Virus record (IMG/VR): IMGVR_UViG_3300016484_000559 | Location: 1 to 38,291 of that record | Source: a virus | Taxonomy: Duplodnaviria; Caudoviricetes | DNA: 38,291 bases | Reading direction: 5' to 3' (one strand) | In this document: positions 8,235 to 18,185 of the stretch, piece after piece | How positions within the stretch are numbered: position 1 is the stretch's first letter | Layout: every line of letters begins with the position of its first letter | Notes under the pieces: generated by a model | Told to the model about the DNA's origin: nothing | Seen by the model: only the letters and a program-made list of their open reading frames with translations | Database searches by the model: none | Position numbers and translations under genes: made by a program

Positions 8235-10225
8235 GGCGTACCCCAGATGCTGCCGGTGTGCATAAAGTTTTTAACCGGGCCGGAGCTGTTTGTGGTTTGT
8301 GATTGCGCACGCAGGCCATCTGCCAGCTGCACTTTTACAGTTGTTTCAACTTTGGCAGGCTCTTTGCTGCTTGGTGAATTTAGGTATTCGTACAGCAGAC
8401 CACCAGCGCCGCCAATTGCTGCACCAATTGCGGTACCAATCACCGGCACAAAACTACCAACTGTGCCACCAATCGCCGCACCATTAAGCGCGCTATTACC
8501 ATAACGGCTAATAGCAGAATCTGCACCGAAACCATAATCAAGCGCCGCACCGCCTGCCATGGCACCAATACCCAACACACCAGCACGGCCTGAGGCTTTG
8601 CCCGCCATCGGCGCATAACGCGCTGCGGTTCTGCCTATGGTTCCGGCAGATGCGCCTTTACCACCCATCGCCACAGATGCCAAACCGGAGGCTGTCGCAA
8701 CTGCGATCAACCCAGTGGTAGCCAGCGTCGTTGCGCCTGCCAGTGCCGGGTGCTTGGTTGCCAGGTCAGAAAACGCACCGGCCACCTTGCCAATAGCCGG
8801 GGTTAAATTATCCATGGCCGCCTTGGTGCCAGCATCCTTTGCCTGCTGCGCAGCGCGCACTTGGGCAGAGGCTGTGCCGGACATCAACTCATAGTTAATA
8901 TCATTGACGCCATATTCGGTACGGTTTTTAGTGATGGCCGCATCCACATTGCCGACGATATCCTTGTTACGCAGCCCCATCAGTGCGCCTACGGCCTGCA
9001 TGTCCTGGAAATATTTGCCGATCACGCTGCCTTCAGCCAGCGCATTGAGCGAGTCAATCAGCTCTTTCTGTTCGGTTTTGTCCTTGCTGGCCTTCAGCTT
9101 TGCCAGTGTGGCTTTCATCTTCGGGTTACCTGTTGCCTCTTTGTCGATGATATTCATCCACGCAGTGACCGCATCCACGCCCTTGAGGCGCTGATCCATC
9201 AGGTATTTGTTCAGGTCGCCACGTCCGGCTTTGTCAAAATCAGTAGCGGTGTCCTTGCTGCTCAGCTTCGCCAGCAGGTTTTTCACGTTATTGCCTGCTT
9301 CGTCCGTACTGCCGGAGGTCAGAATTGCCGCCTGATTCATGGTCAGCACTTTCTGCAGGCCATTCAAACCCATCAGGCCTGATTTACCGGCCAGCGGCAA
9401 TTGTTGTGCCAGCCACTTAGCCTGGTCTTTAATCTCAAAACCACCAGCCTGTCCAGAGGCTGTGATCATATTCAGCGCGGTGCGTAGTTCCTTATCAGTG
9501 CTGACAATGCCTTGACCTTTCAGCACACTGGCAAGGTTGGCAATATCGACCGGTGCAGCGTTGGCGCCTGTGGCCGTTTTCATGATGGTTGGCAGAAAGT
9601 CTATGGATGCTTGATAACCAAGCACGTTCTTGGCGATCATCGCATCCAGCGCCTCGGCAGCCTGCTCGCGCGTGCCGCCGCCAATGCCGCGCTGGGTGGA
9701 GCGGTTGATCACCGATTCAAGCTCTTTCATGCCGATTTTGCGGCCAGCCACATCGCGCTCGGCAAATGCCGTGTTGGCCATTGCGGCGAGGCGCTCATCA
9801 AAATTCATGGCCTGCGTGGCCGCGCCCTTGAGTACATAGCCGCCAGCTGCTACACCCGCGCCTATGGTCATGGCTTTTTGCAGTTTGCCGGTTTCGCCAA
9901 GTTCCCTTTTAAGACTGCGCACCTTTTGGATTTGTGCATCATAAGCACGGTTGAGTTCTTTAGCACTGAGTGCGCCGCTGTTTGCCAGGCGCCTATAGGC
10001 GGCTTCGGTATGCTGAATTTCGCGCTGGATGGCACGCTCACCACGCACGCCTAGCGCTTCACGTGCCTGCGAGAGCTTTTCGTAACTGGAGCGCTGGCGA
10101 TTGTTGGACTGAACAGTGACGGTTTCAGCTTGCCGTGCCGCTTTCTGTGCAGAGGCTGCAGCCTTGTCTATGCCTTTGGTGATGCCGTCGGTCAGCTTTA
10201 ATTTGACTTCAACATTCACAGACAT
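8231..10225 (-). CDS. Tail tape measure protein
   Basis: 664 aa Ala/Gly-rich, G..G.FE.KD motif, C-terminal glycine zipper. Confidence 0.9.
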   Translation of the reverse strand: MSVNVEVKLKLTDGITKGIDKAAASAQKAARQAETVTVQSNNRQRSSYEKLSQAREALGVRGERAIQREIQHTEAAYRRLANSGALSAKELNRAYDAQIQKVRSLKRELGETGKLQKAMTIGAGVAAGGYVLKGAATQAMNFDERLAAMANTAFAERDVAGRKIGMKELESVINRSTQRGIGGGTREQAAEALDAMIAKNVLGYQASIDFLPTIMKTATGANAAPVDIANLASVLKGQGIVSTDKELRTALNMITASGQAGGFEIKDQAKWLAQQLPLAGKSGLMGLNGLQKVLTMNQAAILTSGSTDEAGNNVKNLLAKLSSKDTATDFDKAGRGDLNKYLMDQRLKGVDAVTAWMNIIDKEATGNPKMKATLAKLKASKDKTEQKELIDSLNALAEGSVIGKYFQDMQAVGALMGLRNKDIVGNVDAAITKNRTEYGVNDINYELMSGTASAQVRAAQQAKDAGTKAAMDNLTPAIGKVAGAFSDLATKHPALAGATTLATTGLIAVATASGLASVAMGGKGASAGTIGRTAARYAPMAGKASGRAGVLGIGAMAGGAALDYGFGADSAISRYGNSALNGAAIGGTVGSFVPVIGTAIGAAIGGAGGLLYEYLNSPSSKEPAKVETTVKVQLADGLRAQSQTTNSSGPVKNFMHTGSIWGTP

Positions 10226-10260
10226 AAAAAAACTCCAGCACTCTTTAAGGGATGTGCTGG

Positions 10261-10305
10261 AGTTTACGCGCGCGCGAGGCGGCTAATTATGCTGGAAACG
10301 TTTCA
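10261..10305 (-). promoter_or_regulatory. Putative late promoter for the tape measure operon
   Basis: GAAACGTTTC-28 nt (ending CGCGCGCG)-TAAACT. Confidence 0.78.
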
Positions 10306-10310
10306 CGGTG

Positions 10311-10457
10311 TTACTCAAAGGTTTTGCCTTCCATTGCCGCGGCAATCTTTGCATATGTAAACAGTTTAGATAACGGCCAGGCGGCAATCACAGGTTCTGG
10401 TTGGTTTAACACTTTCATGACCAATGCAGTAGCAGTGATTATTCGGCTGACTTTCCC
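10311..10457 (-). CDS. -1 frameshift extension of tail assembly chaperone (gpGT-like)
   Basis: Slippery GGGAAAG at 10457-10451; -1 frame reads VSRIITATALVMKVLNQPEPVIAAWPLSKLFTYAKIAAAMEGKTFE*. Confidence 0.8.
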   Translation of the reverse strand, partial: GKVSRIITATALVMKVLNQPEPVIAAWPLSKLFTYAKIAAAMEGKTFE

Positions 10458-10756
10458 AATGCTACTGCCTGTTCGGCAGATAGTGGTGCGTCGCTTTCAG
10501 GTTGATCAATCTCATCTGCAAGCAGCATTTCATCGGCAATTTTCTCAGCGGCACGATAATCCGCGCCACGCAGCTGCATGACGATGGCTTCATCAGAGCC
10601 GGTAAGGCTGGCAATCAATGCAATACGCTGTGCTACGCCGCCACGCCGGTCAAAGCTCAGATAATCAGCAGCAGTCGTGTACTCTCTGAAATTCAGCTCG
10701 GTGATCGTGGTTTTTTCGCCGAGTTTCAATGGGTGTTTGAGGGTTAGTTTTTTCAT
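10439..10756 (-). CDS. Tail assembly chaperone, Mu gp41-like
   Basis: MKKLTLKHPL...L.FRE...D...L.GADY; AAGGA RBS; upstream of tape measure. Confidence 0.82.
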   Translation of the reverse strand: MKKLTLKHPLKLGEKTTITELNFREYTTAADYLSFDRRGGVAQRIALIASLTGSDEAIVMQLRGADYRAAEKIADEMLLADEIDQPESDAPLSAEQAVALGKSAE

Positions 10757-10891
10757 GTTTCTTGGTCCTTTATTCAGTAATTGTTGGTAATTCAGAAAAT
10801 GTTTTAGCGGTCGCAATAGAATCAAACAAGCCTCAGGCGTCAATCTATTATTTTTGTTTAGGGTATCTTTTGCGGTGCAACTGTTTTCAAT

Positions 10892-11263
10892 TTATATTTC
10901 TTTCAAATCCCATCCAGACCAGCCATGAGTTTCCTGAAAGTCAACTGGTCGAACGATTACAGGATTATCAGGGTTGGTATTGTCGGTTACGTCCGGCGCA
11001 ACTCGAACCCACTCAGCAACATTGATGGAGTGGCTTGGGATTTGAGACCCATCACGATTCCATCCGCCGATGATTACCGGTGACTTATTCATTTGCGTTA
11101 AGGTTGCAAACGTCGCCTCTACAGACTCAAGTGGACAAATGGCATCAAACAACAGTCGACCATTACGCTCATTAAGCAAAACCCATTGTCCAAATAGTTC
11201 AAACAATTCTTCTTGTTCAGGCGCAGGCGCATCAATACTAAAAATAATGTTGACGTTTATCAT
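10892..11263 (-). CDS. Hypothetical protein, possible fibre chaperone
   Basis: 123 aa ORF, ATGA-coupled to the upstream fibre gene. Confidence 0.65.
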   Translation of the reverse strand: MINVNIIFSIDAPAPEQEELFELFGQWVLLNERNGRLLFDAICPLESVEATFATLTQMNKSPVIIGGWNRDGSQIPSHSINVAEWVRVAPDVTDNTNPDNPVIVRPVDFQETHGWSGWDLKEI

Positions 11264-12387
11264 ATTGTTGCTTCCTGTAACTGTTGAACTGTAAGGCGGC
11301 GTGGGTAGTACATCATTCGCGCAATTGCGGCATTTGCTCGCGCCACACCTGCACCCAGCAATTGCATTGTGTTGGAAAATGCAGGGAACGCAACCGCTTG
11401 CGGTAGCCCACCGTTATGCACCACAAAAGCTCCCGATGCGTCATAGTGCAAGGCTGTTTTGCCCGGACCTAATGAAGTGAGCAGTGCCGTATTGCCATTG
11501 CCCAATAATGGACGACCGACAGGAACATCGTGCTGTAAAATAAATACGCCCTTTTCAGCAGATAGCCAGTTTTGCGGATTTACGGTCACGGCATCTGCTG
11601 CTCTGGTGCGTATGCTGCCAGTCGTGGGAATATAACTGGTTGCGTATGAACCCAATTCATATTGACGACAGGAGGATTCCATTGTTGTGGAGAAAGCAGG
11701 GCAAGATGCGGACGCATCTCTATAAAAAAGCATTTCGAAACCAGAGAAATAATTTTGGGTAACACTTTCAAGTCTGCTTACTTTAATTGCATTTAACTCT
11801 TCGGTAAATGTTGCGGGATTTGGTCGAAATCCACCCGCATAAGTGGTGTAATTAGGGGTATTGGCAGTAATTTCAACAAAGCGCCGCCATAACGATGCTG
11901 CATATTGTCCATTAGGAATACCATTACTACCATGAAATATTTGCGGAAAGTTTAAAACTTGCGTTTGCGGGTTTACAAAACCAAGCCGCCTTACTTTTCT
12001 GCCGCGTTCGGTAAAAAATGATTGTTCAAAATAAGCTGTGTTTAAAGAACCTTGGTAAGCGAATTTACCGCTACTAAGCCCGACATTTTCGCTATTTTTG
12101 TCATAATTGGTGCGCTGCTCTTCTATTAATAACCCGCGCGACACTAAAGTTACAGGGTTGTGGTCATAGCGTGGCTGGTTAATCGCCGCTGATAGCAAAG
12201 TGCCGCTTGCGTCAAATAATGTTGCGGTTGATGGTCGCGCAAAACTTATCCGCGAATCCAATGGTCGCCCATCAAAAATAAAATCCACAACAGGTTCAGC
12301 CGTCCATATTAATGATGAACCCAAGTACATGCGTGATACGGGTTGATTCCCTAACTTTATGCGGTCAGCTACATTAATACGCATCAT
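11260..12387 (-). CDS. Fibre/spike protein with probable carbohydrate-binding domain
   Basis: F.R.S.AT..D..G...A..N.PR...GLLIEEQRTN and Q.E.G..ATSYIPT...TRAAD motifs typical of phage fibres. Confidence 0.75.
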   Translation of the reverse strand: MMRINVADRIKLGNQPVSRMYLGSSLIWTAEPVVDFIFDGRPLDSRISFARPSTATLFDASGTLLSAAINQPRYDHNPVTLVSRGLLIEEQRTNYDKNSENVGLSSGKFAYQGSLNTAYFEQSFFTERGRKVRRLGFVNPQTQVLNFPQIFHGSNGIPNGQYAASLWRRFVEITANTPNYTTYAGGFRPNPATFTEELNAIKVSRLESVTQNYFSGFEMLFYRDASASCPAFSTTMESSCRQYELGSYATSYIPTTGSIRTRAADAVTVNPQNWLSAEKGVFILQHDVPVGRPLLGNGNTALLTSLGPGKTALHYDASGAFVVHNGGLPQAVAFPAFSNTMQLLGAGVARANAAIARMMYYPRRLTVQQLQEATI

Positions 12388-13478
12388 CCCTCCACTACAT
12401 ACATGGTTGTTGCGTTTGGAATTAAAGCGTTATATTGCGCTTGCGTCAGCACTACGATTGAATCAACGGAGGGACTTGCAACCAGTGCGTTTACCGCGTT
12501 TTCAGCGGCTTGTTGCGCTATCAATGCGGCCTGTTTGCTGGCAAGTGCGCTTGTCGCCGATGTTTCTGCATTATCGGCGTGCTGACCGGATAAAACTGCG
12601 GATTGCGCTGAGTTTTGAGAGTGAGTGAGTGCCGAAACTGCGGCAGTTTCGGCATTAGTTTCACTATTAGCTGCATTTATCTCGGAATTGGCGGCTGCAT
12701 TTGCGCTTGCTGATGCGGCATTTGCATGGCCAGAGGCACTTTCGGCAGATTGAGAGGCTTCTGCGGCTTTAGTTCTCGCAACTTCCATGTGGCCCGCTGC
12801 AATAGCGGCGTTTGACGCGGCGTTTGTTGCGCTTACTGATGCCTCGGATGATTTGTCGTTCGCAATTGTGGCAGATTGATTTGCCGCATTTTCGCTTTGC
12901 AATGCTTTTGACGCAGAAGCCTCAGAATTTTCTGCATTTGCTAGTGCCGCATTTGCAGACGCGAGCGCGTTATTAGCCGACGTAAGAGCTTCATTTGCTT
13001 TCACGGTCGCACTCTGAGCGGATGCTGCGGCGGATGTTGCAGATGAAATAGCTTCGTTAGCCTTTGTTATGGCAATATTTTCACTATCACTGGCGGCATT
13101 GGCTTTAAGCGTCGCGAGTTCCGCATTTGCAATCGAGGTGTTTTTAGCACTGACGGCTTCCGCTTCCGATGTTGCCGCTAATTCTGCGTGATTCTGCGCC
13201 TCATTGCGAGCGGACTCAGCGAGTGTCTGAGCGGATTTTGCATTAGTTTCGGCAGTTTGGGCTTTTGCTTGCGCGTCTTGAGCAGCCGCAAGAATAATCG
13301 GCATTTGCGGATTTACATCACCAACATCGCCTTTATCGCCTTTAAGCCCTTGTTCGCCTTTATTACCTTGTTCGCCTTGCGGCCCTTGCAAGCCAACGTC
13401 GCCTTTCGGTCCTTGCAAACCAACGTTCAAACTGGTGACCTGAAATACGCCGTTGTAGAATTTCAAATTGGTGATCAT
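12384..13478 (-). CDS. Collagen-repeat, Ala-rich coiled-coil fibre shaft protein
   Basis: About 12 GXY triplets, long A/S/N-rich coil, C-terminal LTQAQYNAL...TTMYVV. Confidence 0.8.
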   Translation of the reverse strand: MITNLKFYNGVFQVTSLNVGLQGPKGDVGLQGPQGEQGNKGEQGLKGDKGDVGDVNPQMPIILAAAQDAQAKAQTAETNAKSAQTLAESARNEAQNHAELAATSEAEAVSAKNTSIANAELATLKANAASDSENIAITKANEAISSATSAAASAQSATVKANEALTSANNALASANAALANAENSEASASKALQSENAANQSATIANDKSSEASVSATNAASNAAIAAGHMEVARTKAAEASQSAESASGHANAASASANAAANSEINAANSETNAETAAVSALTHSQNSAQSAVLSGQHADNAETSATSALASKQAALIAQQAAENAVNALVASPSVDSIVVLTQAQYNALIPNATTMYVVEG

Positions 13479-13789
13479 GCGCGTGTGACCTTTTTAATGA
13501 TTTCCAGCTCGATCTTGCCGGTGCTGACTACAACAATGTCAAACGTGTACTGAATATCCATCACCAACGCCCCCAGCGGCCACTGGCTGGTATCCACCGG
13601 TGTAAAGCTGAATTTTCCAAGCGCTTCGTCGGTTACGTTAATGGCAAACTCATGCACCAGGTTGTCGCCCTGATCGCGCAACTGGCTTTTAATGCTGTAG
13701 CCAGCCAGCGACGCAGGGGTGCCGTTGTCTTGGCAATACTGCGCGGTGAGCACAAAGGTATCACCGCGTTTGTGTTGGAGTTTTAGCAT
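13475..13789 (-). CDS. Putative fibre-attachment adaptor protein
   Basis: RGDTF, L.GY....Q.R, T..WP.G....DIQ motifs seen in small virion adaptors. Confidence 0.65.
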   Translation of the reverse strand: MLKLQHKRGDTFVLTAQYCQDNGTPASLAGYSIKSQLRDQGDNLVHEFAINVTDEALGKFSFTPVDTSQWPLGALVMDIQYTFDIVVVSTGKIELEIIKKVTRA

Positions 13790-13795
13790 AGATGA

Positions 13796-14158
13796 TTAGC
13801 CGATTTTCTCTGAGGTGTTAGCCATGATGGTGATTTTGCTTTCGCCGCTTTCTACTGCAATCGGGTCAGCCACAAATGCCATGCTCAGCAGGTGCACGCT
13901 GCCATCGGCCAGGCGCACGGTGATGTCTTCGTCTTTCACGGCGTTAAGCGCAACGACATCAACGCCGCCGAGCAGATTAATATTGAGGTCGAGCTTGGCC
14001 GGTTCTGCGGCTTCGGTGTAGCCACCGTCTTCTGCCAGGCGGCCTGCCTTGTGTTCGCGCTTGTAGCCGCTTGGGGTGAAAGTACCCGGGTTGGCTGCCA
14101 GCGGCAGCTTGCCGATACTGGGAATGCTCACGGTGCGGATATTGTTGATTTGTGCCAT
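13796..14158 (-). CDS. Tail tube protein, Mu gpM-like
   Basis: 120 aa immediately after sheath; G.KRE...G...GY.E. Confidence 0.85.
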   Translation of the reverse strand: MAQINNIRTVSIPSIGKLPLAANPGTFTPSGYKREHKAGRLAEDGGYTEAAEPAKLDLNINLLGGVDVVALNAVKDEDITVRLADGSVHLLSMAFVADPIAVESGESKITIMANTSEKIG

Positions 14159-14190
14159 GGTTGAATGCCTTTCAAAGAGTGTTTAAATCA

Positions 14191-14227
14191 CCCTCACCCT
14201 AGCCCTCTCCCGCAAGCGGGAGATGGG
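14191..14227. repeat. REP-like palindromic element
   Basis: CCCTCACCCTAGCCCTCTCCCGCAAGCGGGAGATGGG between sheath and tube. Confidence 0.65.
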
Positions 14228-14244
14228 ATGGTTTCGTGAGGTAG

Positions 14245-15714
14245 CTAGTAAGCCGGTACCGCTTTGCGGAATTGTGCGCGGCCTGCCAGGATGTAGAACG
14301 GTGACAGCAATACCGGGTCATCCTTGTAGTTAAAGCGGCTCGGGTTGGTCGCGTCCTGCTCTACCACCAGCGTGCTCTTGTAGTAGTCATACGCCTGCAC
14401 CCAGCCTTTTTCGCGCATGAGCCAGTTTTGATACAAGCTCAGCAGGTAGGCGCGCACGTCGTCTTCGGTGGTGATGCGCAGGCCCGGGCGGTAGCCTTCG
14501 TTGGTTTTGGCGGCGGCGGTGCCGACAAATCGCTTGATTGCGCCTATGCGCTGCTCGTAGCGGATGCGCTCCATCGCTTCAGCGGCGTTGATATCGAGGT
14601 AGGCATCATCGGCGCTGCCATCCGGGCGGTATTGATACATGGAGATCAGGCGCTTGATGCTGCAGGAGCCATCCTTGCCCACCTGCATGACGCTCATGCC
14701 CTTGAACAGCAGGCTGTTGGCCTGTGTCCAGTCGTGGTAGGTTTTGGCAATCATGCCTGGCAGCGGAATGCCTTCGAGCGACTCCACCGGGTTGTTGTAA
14801 AGCTTGGGCGCGGCGGCAGCAGCTACCATGGCCGCAGCCTCCCATGTGGTGATCGGGTTAATGCCCAGGCTCAGGTCGGCAATGTGCTCGTAGTTCTTGG
14901 TTTCGCCGAATGCAGCAGCGGCCTCATAATCGCCACGATGCGCGGTGAAGGCACGGAAACCGGCCTGTACCGGCGGCAGGTAGCGGGTCTGGCTCTCGGC
15001 ATGCCATGCGGCCAGCGTAGCGGCATCGTTAATGCCCAGCGCCACATAGCGGTACCATTTCTGGCCGATGATGGCGGTAAGGTCGCCCGGGGCTGGGTCA
15101 CCGCTGCCACCGTTCATGGCGGTGATGGTGAGGCCAAGCCCGGCAGGCATGGCTTCATCGAACAGGCCGAGGCGGATATCAATATTATTGCCGCAGGTGC
15201 CTTTGTGGCGCGCAGTCAGCGTTACGTTGGCCGCATTGGCTACTGCGGTGACCTGAATATCGGTACCGGCGGCTGTGATGGCGTCGGCAATGGCGGCGGC
15301 CACGGCGGCAACCGTCTGGTTGGCGGTGACTGGCACGCTGACCAGGTCGCCTGCAATATACAACGGGATGGTACCGGCAGTTATCGGTACTACAGTAGCC
15401 TCAATGGCACCAGTTGCTGCTACGCCTGCTGCGTTGTCGGCATAGGGCAGCATGTAGATATCGAGCACCTTGTCGATGGCGCGGTAGCGCTTGACCATGT
15501 TCGCCAGCATGGAGCCTGCACCGGCTTTGGTTTCGGCATCTTTAACGCCGCTCAGGCGCACAATCTCACCGGCGGCTGCGGTGCCGGTGGCAAGTTTCTG
15601 GCCCACAATCAGCACGGCGGGGATATCTTCACCCAGTCCGGCCTGTGAGCCGTCGATTTCCACATAGGCACCCGGGTAGCGCAAGGCGGCCGGGATGGTC
15701 TGAAAACTAATCAT
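14245..15714 (-). CDS. Tail sheath protein, Mu gpL-like
   Basis: ISF..IP..LR.PG.YVEID, G.GSML..M, TA.HKG..GN.I motifs. Confidence 0.95.
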   Translation of the reverse strand: MISFQTIPAALRYPGAYVEIDGSQAGLGEDIPAVLIVGQKLATGTAAAGEIVRLSGVKDAETKAGAGSMLANMVKRYRAIDKVLDIYMLPYADNAAGVAATGAIEATVVPITAGTIPLYIAGDLVSVPVTANQTVAAVAAAIADAITAAGTDIQVTAVANAANVTLTARHKGTCGNNIDIRLGLFDEAMPAGLGLTITAMNGGSGDPAPGDLTAIIGQKWYRYVALGINDAATLAAWHAESQTRYLPPVQAGFRAFTAHRGDYEAAAAFGETKNYEHIADLSLGINPITTWEAAAMVAAAAAPKLYNNPVESLEGIPLPGMIAKTYHDWTQANSLLFKGMSVMQVGKDGSCSIKRLISMYQYRPDGSADDAYLDINAAEAMERIRYEQRIGAIKRFVGTAAAKTNEGYRPGLRITTEDDVRAYLLSLYQNWLMREKGWVQAYDYYKSTLVVEQDATNPSRFNYKDDPVLLSPFYILAGRAQFRKAVPAY

Positions 15715-16193
15715 AGTAATGTTTCTCCTGTGTTAACTAAACTTTCAAAGGGGGGCGGGTCTGGCAAGTAATTGGTGATCACGGCATCAAAGCTGTAGCT
15801 GTCTGCCCAGAAAATCACAGAGCGCTCGTACTGGATCACGCGGCCGCCGTTGAACAGCAGCGGACGCACGTCCGGCTCCAGTTCCCAGCCCAGCAGCAGG
15901 TATTTTACGGCCTTGCGGTACTGCAGCAGCGCATCGTCGGTTTCACCCGGCACATGCACGCGGGCGTTTTCAATGGCAATCACAACATCAAAGCCCAGCG
16001 TCACGTTCTCGGCACGCTCACCGGCATGGCTCACCTTGTCGGCCGCGCGTACCACCCAGCACGAGGGCTTGGGCAGGTTAGACAGCTCGATCTGCGCGTA
16101 CTCTGCCGCACCGGCTACCTGCCGGAACCACAGGCCATCAAAGCTGGCTGGCTTGGGGCTAAGGTGTGCAATTAATGGGGTGAGCGAGATCAT
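15711..16193 (-). CDS. Tail terminator, Mu gp37-like
   Basis: V.GAA.., LLGW, GG..... motifs; position before sheath. Confidence 0.75.
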   Translation of the reverse strand: MISLTPLIAHLSPKPASFDGLWFRQVAGAAEYAQIELSNLPKPSCWVVRAADKVSHAGERAENVTLGFDVVIAIENARVHVPGETDDALLQYRKAVKYLLLGWELEPDVRPLLFNGGRVIQYERSVIFWADSYSFDAVITNYLPDPPPFESLVNTGETLL

Positions 16194-16195
16194 GC

Positions 16196-16687
16196 TTACC
16201 AATCCTCAGCACTGGTGGTGCCGCCGCCGTAGCGTTGCTGGTTGCTGGTGATAATCGCGGTGTCTTCTACCACGGTTGCATTCGGGTCTGCCGGAATCAG
16301 GTTATTGTCACCGCGCGCATGTGCTTTAAGCATGGCAATGGCGGCTTCATAGGCTGCGGTTTCCGGCTTGTCGAGGTGCTCTGCACCTTGCAGGTAATAC
16401 AGCGCAATGGTAGAGCACAGGCGCGCCAGTAGCGTGGTCTGCACCGTGGCCGGAATACCGAAGCTCACAATCACGGCATCGGCATCAGCCAGCGCCTTGT
16501 CGATGGCATCCAGCGCCAGAGTGAGTGACGCCTGATCCTGCATGGTATAGCTGCTCAAGTCCGCACCGTTGATCACGGCGCGCAAGGCTTCATGCGGCAC
16601 CATGTCACGGTCAGCCGGTATGGCTAACTGCAACAGGCGGCGCGCATTGGCGCGGGCGAGTAAATCGGTGCGGGTTGCGAATGCCAT
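16196..16687 (-). CDS. Head-tail adaptor, Mu gp36 (DUF1320)-like
   Basis: FAT..DL, AL.DA.A.I, L...C..IA.Y.L, YE.AI..L...A.G. Confidence 0.88.
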   Translation of the reverse strand: MAFATRTDLLARANARRLLQLAIPADRDMVPHEALRAVINGADLSSYTMQDQASLTLALDAIDKALADADAVIVSFGIPATVQTTLLARLCSTIALYYLQGAEHLDKPETAAYEAAIAMLKAHARGDNNLIPADPNATVVEDTAIITSNQQRYGGGTTSAEDW

Positions 16688-16689
16688 GG

Positions 16690-17103
16690 TTATTGAGCGC
16701 CTGCTTGAATTTCAGCCCACACTGCATCGCGTTCGGCTGCGGTAACATCAAAGCCCACCACGGCAGTAATGGCAGGCACGGTTGGCGCACCACCTTTAGT
16801 CCAGTTGGCGGCGATATCTGCATCCAGCCCGGTGATGGCTTCTTTAATTGCAGCTAAACGCTCTTCGGCTGATAGCTCTGGCGGGGTGTTTGTTGTATTA
16901 GTTGCTGCATCGGCAGCAGCCACCGGTGCAACATAGTCATCCGGCTGTGTATCGCTCACTTCGAGCATCTGCTCTTCGCGCAGGCGGGCAGCGGTGGCGT
17001 TGTCTACCTCTACCAGCAGCCAGGCAATAGTGAACAGGATTGCGCAGCGATAGAATGAGGTTAGCCCTTTTTTGGGGGCAACACGTACATAGAGTTTGTT
17101 CAT
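16690..17103 (-). CDS. Mu gp35/HI1506-like protein
   Basis: F.RC...F...L..E.ML.V N-terminus; WT..G.P....VTAAERD..W C-terminus; follows capsid. Confidence 0.75.
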   Translation of the reverse strand: MNKLYVRVAPKKGLTSFYRCAILFTIAWLLVEVDNATAARLREEQMLEVSDTQPDDYVAPVAAADAATNTTNTPPELSAEERLAAIKEAITGLDADIAANWTKGGAPTVPAITAVVGFDVTAAERDAVWAEIQAGAQ

Positions 17104-17121
17104 TGTGGGTTCCTTTGCTTG

Positions 17122-17198
17122 CTGTCTTATTACCCCCTCCCTGGCCCTCCCCCTGCTAGGGGGAGGGAATTAAGGTCAGGATAGGGGGTAATGGACAG
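17122..17198. other. Long hairpin downstream of major capsid gene
   Basis: Nested stems CTGTC/GACAG, ATTACCCCCT/AGGGGGTAAT, CCCTCCCCCT/AGGGGGAGGG. Confidence 0.7.
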
Positions 17199-17214
17199 GT
17201 TTGGTTATTGGTGG

Positions 17215-18117
17215 TTACAGTGCCATCAGCGGGCTGACAATCAGCTCCACCTTGCCGTAGTTGGTGTTGCTTTCGCCACCGGCCTTGTTGATCGCCTTGA
17301 TCAGCTTTTCAGCGGCGGCCATGTTGTCAGGGCCTACCACCAGCGTATCTGCCACGATATTCAATTGGCGGTTGCCGTCACCCTGGAATTTCATCATGGC
17401 CTTGAATGCCGCCTCGAAGTTGGCTTCAGTCAGCTCGGCTTTTGAGCCAAACGCCAGCTGCCAGAAACCGTAGGCAGCATCACCGCGCCAGCGGCCGCCC
17501 CAGCTGAAAATGTCATTATCAAACAGCAGGGCATCGTTGGCCTTGAACTCGGCTTTCATGCGCTCCTGCAGGTAGAAGGATTTTGGTGCGCGCTTGGTGC
17601 ACAGCAGCGCCCACGGCTCCAGTACGCCTGCCTGCATGTTACTGACAGATGCAGCCACGCCGGAACCATCTTCATTTGGGTACACCGGATGGTCGGTATC
17701 GAAAAAGTACTGGCCGTCGTAGCAGATGGAGCCAAAACCAGCTTTCACTGCGCCGTATACCAGGTCGTTTTTCAGGTCGATCACAGACTGGCCGTAGCCG
17801 GTGGCAATGCCTGAATACATGGAGAGGTTGTTGTCTTCAAAGTCTTCACGCGGTACATCGAGTGTGTTTTCAAACTTGCGGTTATCCACGCGGTATGCGC
17901 GCTCTTTCACGGTTTTGTGCTGGCGCGCGCCGACCCATTCACGGAATGCCGGGAAATGGCTTAACCATGAGTAGGTGTTGCTGGCACTGTTGGAGCCGAT
18001 CAGGCCCGCGATTTTTTTCCAGCTTTCGTCACCGGCAGCCAAGCCCTGGTTAAAGTTAGCCACCAGCGTGGTGTTGAACGCATCAATCTGCGCTTGTGTT
18101 AGTACGGTTGTACCCAT
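17215..18117 (-). CDS. Major capsid protein, Mu gpT-like
   Basis: Y.WL...P.FREWVG.R, CYDGQYFFDTDHPV, YGFWQLA.GS. Confidence 0.96.
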   Translation of the reverse strand: MGTTVLTQAQIDAFNTTLVANFNQGLAAGDESWKKIAGLIGSNSASNTYSWLSHFPAFREWVGARQHKTVKERAYRVDNRKFENTLDVPREDFEDNNLSMYSGIATGYGQSVIDLKNDLVYGAVKAGFGSICYDGQYFFDTDHPVYPNEDGSGVAASVSNMQAGVLEPWALLCTKRAPKSFYLQERMKAEFKANDALLFDNDIFSWGGRWRGDAAYGFWQLAFGSKAELTEANFEAAFKAMMKFQGDGNRQLNIVADTLVVGPDNMAAAEKLIKAINKAGGESNTNYGKVELIVSPLMAL

Positions 18118-18185
18118 AATGCTGATCTCCTAATGTGATCTGATAGTGTTTAAACGTGATTCAAATGGCCGTTAAGCCTGTGCCT

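Noticed and set aside
12600-13290. Low-complexity GCN-rich DNA as a repeat element
   Set aside because: Explained by the Ala-rich coiled-coil coding sequence.
14428-15648. 406-aa + strand ORF
   Set aside because: Antisense shadow of the sheath gene; no recognisable motifs.
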